The position numbers and the translations under genes are program-made. Below are positions 61,054 through 64,000 of a DNA stretch of 64,000 nt, in pieces (the first letter of the stretch is position 1; every line of letters begins with the position of its first letter). The stretch spans positions 74,389 to 138,388 of the forward strand of contig CAYJLF010000004.1 in assembly GCA_964371055.1 (NCBI GenBank), read 5' to 3'. The notes below the pieces were generated by a model. That model was not told the origin of the DNA and ran no database searches. It saw only the letters and a program-made list of their open reading frames with translations. Source of the stretch: an uncultured bacterium (lineage in GTDB: Bacteria > Eisenbacteria > RBG-16-71-46 > CAIMUX01).

Positions 61054-62871
61054 TCAGGAGCGCTTATTGTTGTTCGTCCCGCTCCGTCCCGGACGCTCGA
61101 GTCCGTGCTGCTTGATCAGGTTGTGCAGGTGCTGGCGGCTGATCGACAACTCCGCGGCGGCCCGGGTGATGTTCCACTCCCGGCGATCGAGCACTCCGGT
61201 CAGAAGTTCACGCACGAATCGCGTGGCCGCCTCGTCGAGCGAGGTCCCTTCCGGCGTGTGCAGGCCGATCCTCTCCGCCGGGATCTCAGGCAACTGCTCG
61301 CGGACCTGCGCCGCATCGAGCGACTCGCCCGCCGGGACGAGGGCCGCGGCCCCGAAGATGACCGAGCGCAACTGACGGACGTTGCCGGGCCACGATTGCC
61401 GCAAAAGGATGCTCCGGGCGCGCGGCGTGATGCCCTGGATCGGTCGCCGGGCGGCGCGCATCGCCTCCACGAAGAAGTGATCGATGAGCAGGCCCAGATC
61501 ATCTCCCCGCTCTCGCAGCGGCGGGAGGTCGACGCGGACCCCCGCCAGGCGGTAGAAGAGATCCTCCCGAAACTCGCGCCGGCCGATCATCTCCGGCAGG
61601 GAGCGAAGCGTCGCGCTCACGATCCGCACGTCGGTCTGGCGCATTCCCTCCGTCTCTCCGACCCGCCGGAACTCGCCGGTCTCGAGAAAGCGGAGGAGTT
61701 TGGCCTGCAACTCGAGCGAGAGGTCCCCGATCTCGTCGAGGAAGAGGGTTCCGCGGTGCGCCTCTTCCACCAGACCCGGCGTGTCCTTGACCGCGCCCGT
61801 GAACGATCCGCGGGCGTAACCGAACATCTGGCTCTCGAGCAGCGCCGCCGGGATCGCGGCGCAGTTGACCGGCACGAAGGGACCCTCCTGGCGCAGCCCT
61901 TCGTAGTGCAGCGCGCGCGCGACGAGTTCCTTTCCGGTACCGGTCTCTCCGCAGATCAGGACCGGGATGTCGCTGTCCTTGATCAGTCGCACCTTCGCAT
62001 AGAGCGCCTGCATGACCGGCGAGACCCCGACCATGCGCGCGAATCCCGAACTCCGGCGCACCGTGTCGCGGAGCCCCTCGTTCTCCCGCTCCAGCAGCAG
62101 CCGGGTCTCCTCCTCGCGGCGGTGCAGGCGGGCGTTGGCCAGCGCGACGGCGGCGTGCGAGGCGAACGCTTCCAGCACCTCCTGCGCCGCGGCATCCGAT
62201 CTCAGAGTGCGAGCGCGGCTGTCGAGATAGAGGACTCCGACGGCGGCTCCGCGTTCGCGCAGCGGCACGCAGAGCGCCCAGAGGATCCGAAGTTCGTGCA
62301 GGGAACGAGCGGTGCCGAGATCGGCCATCTCGGCCAGGTCGTCCAGGCTGCTGTAGGGAAGGAGCCGGTTCTGCCGCAGGCACTCCCGCGCCAGCGTCTC
62401 CGAAATGCGGGCCGTCTCCGGGTCGATCGAGGCGCCCCCCTGGTCCCGACCGACGACGACGCGAAGCCGGCTCTCCCCCTCCTGCAGCAGGAGCAAGCCG
62501 CGCTCCGAGCCGGCGATGTCGATCGCCGCGTCGAGGATCGCGCCGCAGAGTATCTCAGGATCGAGGATGCCCGACAGATCGCGCGAGAGCTTCAGGACCT
62601 GTCGCAGGCCGTCCAGCTCGGACGTGTCCCGGGCCTGGCCCGGCGCCTGGAGATCGGCCGACAGCAGCAGGCTCCGCTCCGCCGGCGTGGTCCCCTCGCG
62701 CCGGGCATCGATGGCCTGCCGCCGCAACCACGACTCCCGGGAGACCGTGGCGCCTTTCGCGGGAACGGCGTCGCTCTCCGGCGTGGGGTCCAGTCGTGGG
62801 CGCGCCGCGCGCGCCGCCCCCTCATCCGCCCCCGGCGCCAGGTCGCGATCATCTTGCATGGCCAGCTCCAT
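61054..62871 (-). CDS. GAF-domain sigma54-dependent transcriptional activator
   Basis: GAF region (SERGLL...LCVPL...GVLYLD), GETGTGKE, GSFTGA, FLDEIG, WPGNVRQL, Fis HTH. Confidence 0.93.
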   Translation of the reverse strand: MELAMQDDRDLAPGADEGAARAARPRLDPTPESDAVPAKGATVSRESWLRRQAIDARREGTTPAERSLLLSADLQAPGQARDTSELDGLRQVLKLSRDLSGILDPEILCGAILDAAIDIAGSERGLLLLQEGESRLRVVVGRDQGGASIDPETARISETLARECLRQNRLLPYSSLDDLAEMADLGTARSLHELRILWALCVPLRERGAAVGVLYLDSRARTLRSDAAAQEVLEAFASHAAVALANARLHRREEETRLLLERENEGLRDTVRRSSGFARMVGVSPVMQALYAKVRLIKDSDIPVLICGETGTGKELVARALHYEGLRQEGPFVPVNCAAIPAALLESQMFGYARGSFTGAVKDTPGLVEEAHRGTLFLDEIGDLSLELQAKLLRFLETGEFRRVGETEGMRQTDVRIVSATLRSLPEMIGRREFREDLFYRLAGVRVDLPPLRERGDDLGLLIDHFFVEAMRAARRPIQGITPRARSILLRQSWPGNVRQLRSVIFGAAALVPAGESLDAAQVREQLPEIPAERIGLHTPEGTSLDEAATRFVRELLTGVLDRREWNITRAAAELSISRQHLHNLIKQHGLERPGRSGTNNNKRS

Positions 62872-62909
62872 TCTGTTGCTCCCGAGCGGACATAACGCCG
62901 GCCCGGGGA

Positions 62910-64000
62910 TCAGTCCTGTCCCAGATCATCAAGAAACTGCCGGATCGCCGGGCTCTCCAGGAAAAGAGAGGCGGGCGACTCATCGCCGAGCGACTCCACG
63001 ACTGCGGTGAGAACGGAACGGGCGGTCGCGTAGTGCTCCGCGGCCCGCCGCGGCGATCCCGAAAGTCGGAGAGCCTGCGCGAGACGCCAGTGGGCTCGCC
63101 AGGCCAGGAGCCAACGTTCCTGGGACTCGAGCAGCGTCACCGCCCGCTGCAGCCCCGCGGCGGCCTCATCGGTCCTCCCCGCCAGCAACGATCCCTCGCC
63201 GCCGGCGAGAGCCCGCAGACTCGCCGTCAAGGGGGAGATCGGTCCACCGGTGTGATCGAACTCGCTCAGCAACGCCTGGAGTCGATCGCTCTCCCCGGCC
63301 TCCGCCTCGCGCAGCGCCCAGTGCAGCAGGCTCTCCATGGCGTCTTCGCGGCCGCCGGTGGCGGTGAAGCGATCGACGACCTGACGGAAGGCGGCGCGCG
63401 CCTCGGCGGGCCGGCCGAGACCGGCGAGCGCCTCCGCGCGGGTCGCCTCGACCAAGAGGCGGTACCGCGGCACCGCATCGCCGAAACGTTCGAGGACCGC
63501 GTCGGCCTCCCGCAATCCCCGTTCGAGCTGCCCGGAGCGCACGAGGAGGTGGCTGCGATGCACCCCGACCCGGGCCAGCTCCCGCACTTCCCCCGAGAGC
63601 TGGCAGACGCCGGCCAGGTCGTGGTCGACCCGGACCGCACGCCCCAGCCATCCGCGCTCGATCAGAATCAGTCCGAGGTTGTACAGACTGACCGCGGCGC
63701 GATTCCAGACGCCGCGCGTCAGCCAGAATCCGGCGAGGTCCTCCAGCCAGGCCTGGCTTTGCCGCAGGCGTCCTTCCTGGAAGGCGATGCCGCAGAGCAG
63801 GGTCGGGACCACGCCTCGATGCGTGCGGAGCTCCGTCCGATGCACCAGATCCTCGAGCGGCGCCATGGCCGCGCGGGCCGCCTCGATCTCGCCCCGCTGG
63901 AAGCGGGCCAGGCCGAGTCCGTGCAGCGCATAGATGCGGTCCAGCAACGGGAGTTCCTCGGCCCGCGAGGCCGGGACCATCCACCACCGCATCGCCTCTT
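62910..64000 (-). CDS. TPR-repeat protein, C-terminal part (5' end outside the window)
   Basis: Successive TPR-like helices (ALHGLG, SLYNLG, WRAHWRLA); frame open to the window edge. Confidence 0.8.
   Translation of the reverse strand, partial: EAMRWWMVPASRAEELPLLDRIYALHGLGLARFQRGEIEAARAAMAPLEDLVHRTELRTHRGVVPTLLCGIAFQEGRLRQSQAWLEDLAGFWLTRGVWNRAAVSLYNLGLILIERGWLGRAVRVDHDLAGVCQLSGEVRELARVGVHRSHLLVRSGQLERGLREADAVLERFGDAVPRYRLLVEATRAEALAGLGRPAEARAAFRQVVDRFTATGGREDAMESLLHWALREAEAGESDRLQALLSEFDHTGGPISPLTASLRALAGGEGSLLAGRTDEAAAGLQRAVTLLESQERWLLAWRAHWRLAQALRLSGSPRRAAEHYATARSVLTAVVESLGDESPASLFLESPAIRQFLDDLGQD

Overview
High-GC (roughly 70% by eye) bacterial chromosomal segment from a diderm organism. 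The gene content and a SWGxIKxxY C-terminal tail suggest an FCB-related candidate phylum such as Eisenbacteria or Krumholzibacteria (inference). Most genes are on the minus strand. From left to right: trxA/holA/lptE; a soluble histidine kinase with a sigma54 response regulator; sugar-nucleotide enzymes; an S41 protease; an exosortase/EpsI/Wzc/Wza/PEP-CTERM exopolysaccharide locus; housekeeping and envelope genes (Gld-like ABC transporter, MltD, cheX-cheY, proS); an IS1-like element with terminal inverted repeats; an S55 peptidase with a beta-propeller partner; hisS, hutH and pilT; and at the right edge a TPR protein and a GAF-sigma54 activator. The strongest candidate novel system is an unannotated 22-aa hydrophobic peptide gene (60676-60744). 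It has its own near-consensus sigma54 promoter, RBS and 3' hairpin, lies directly downstream of the TPR protein and sigma54 activator, and is followed by a second sigma54-type promoter. Other notable items: two paralogues carrying different C-terminal sorting tails (PEP-CTERM versus SWGSIKKRY), a kinase-less PrsK, a DUF4388 fusion to a degenerate PilT, a degenerate sugar-transferase fusion and a very basic orphan small protein. No rRNA, tRNA or CRISPR array was seen. All family calls come from motif recognition by eye, not database searches.
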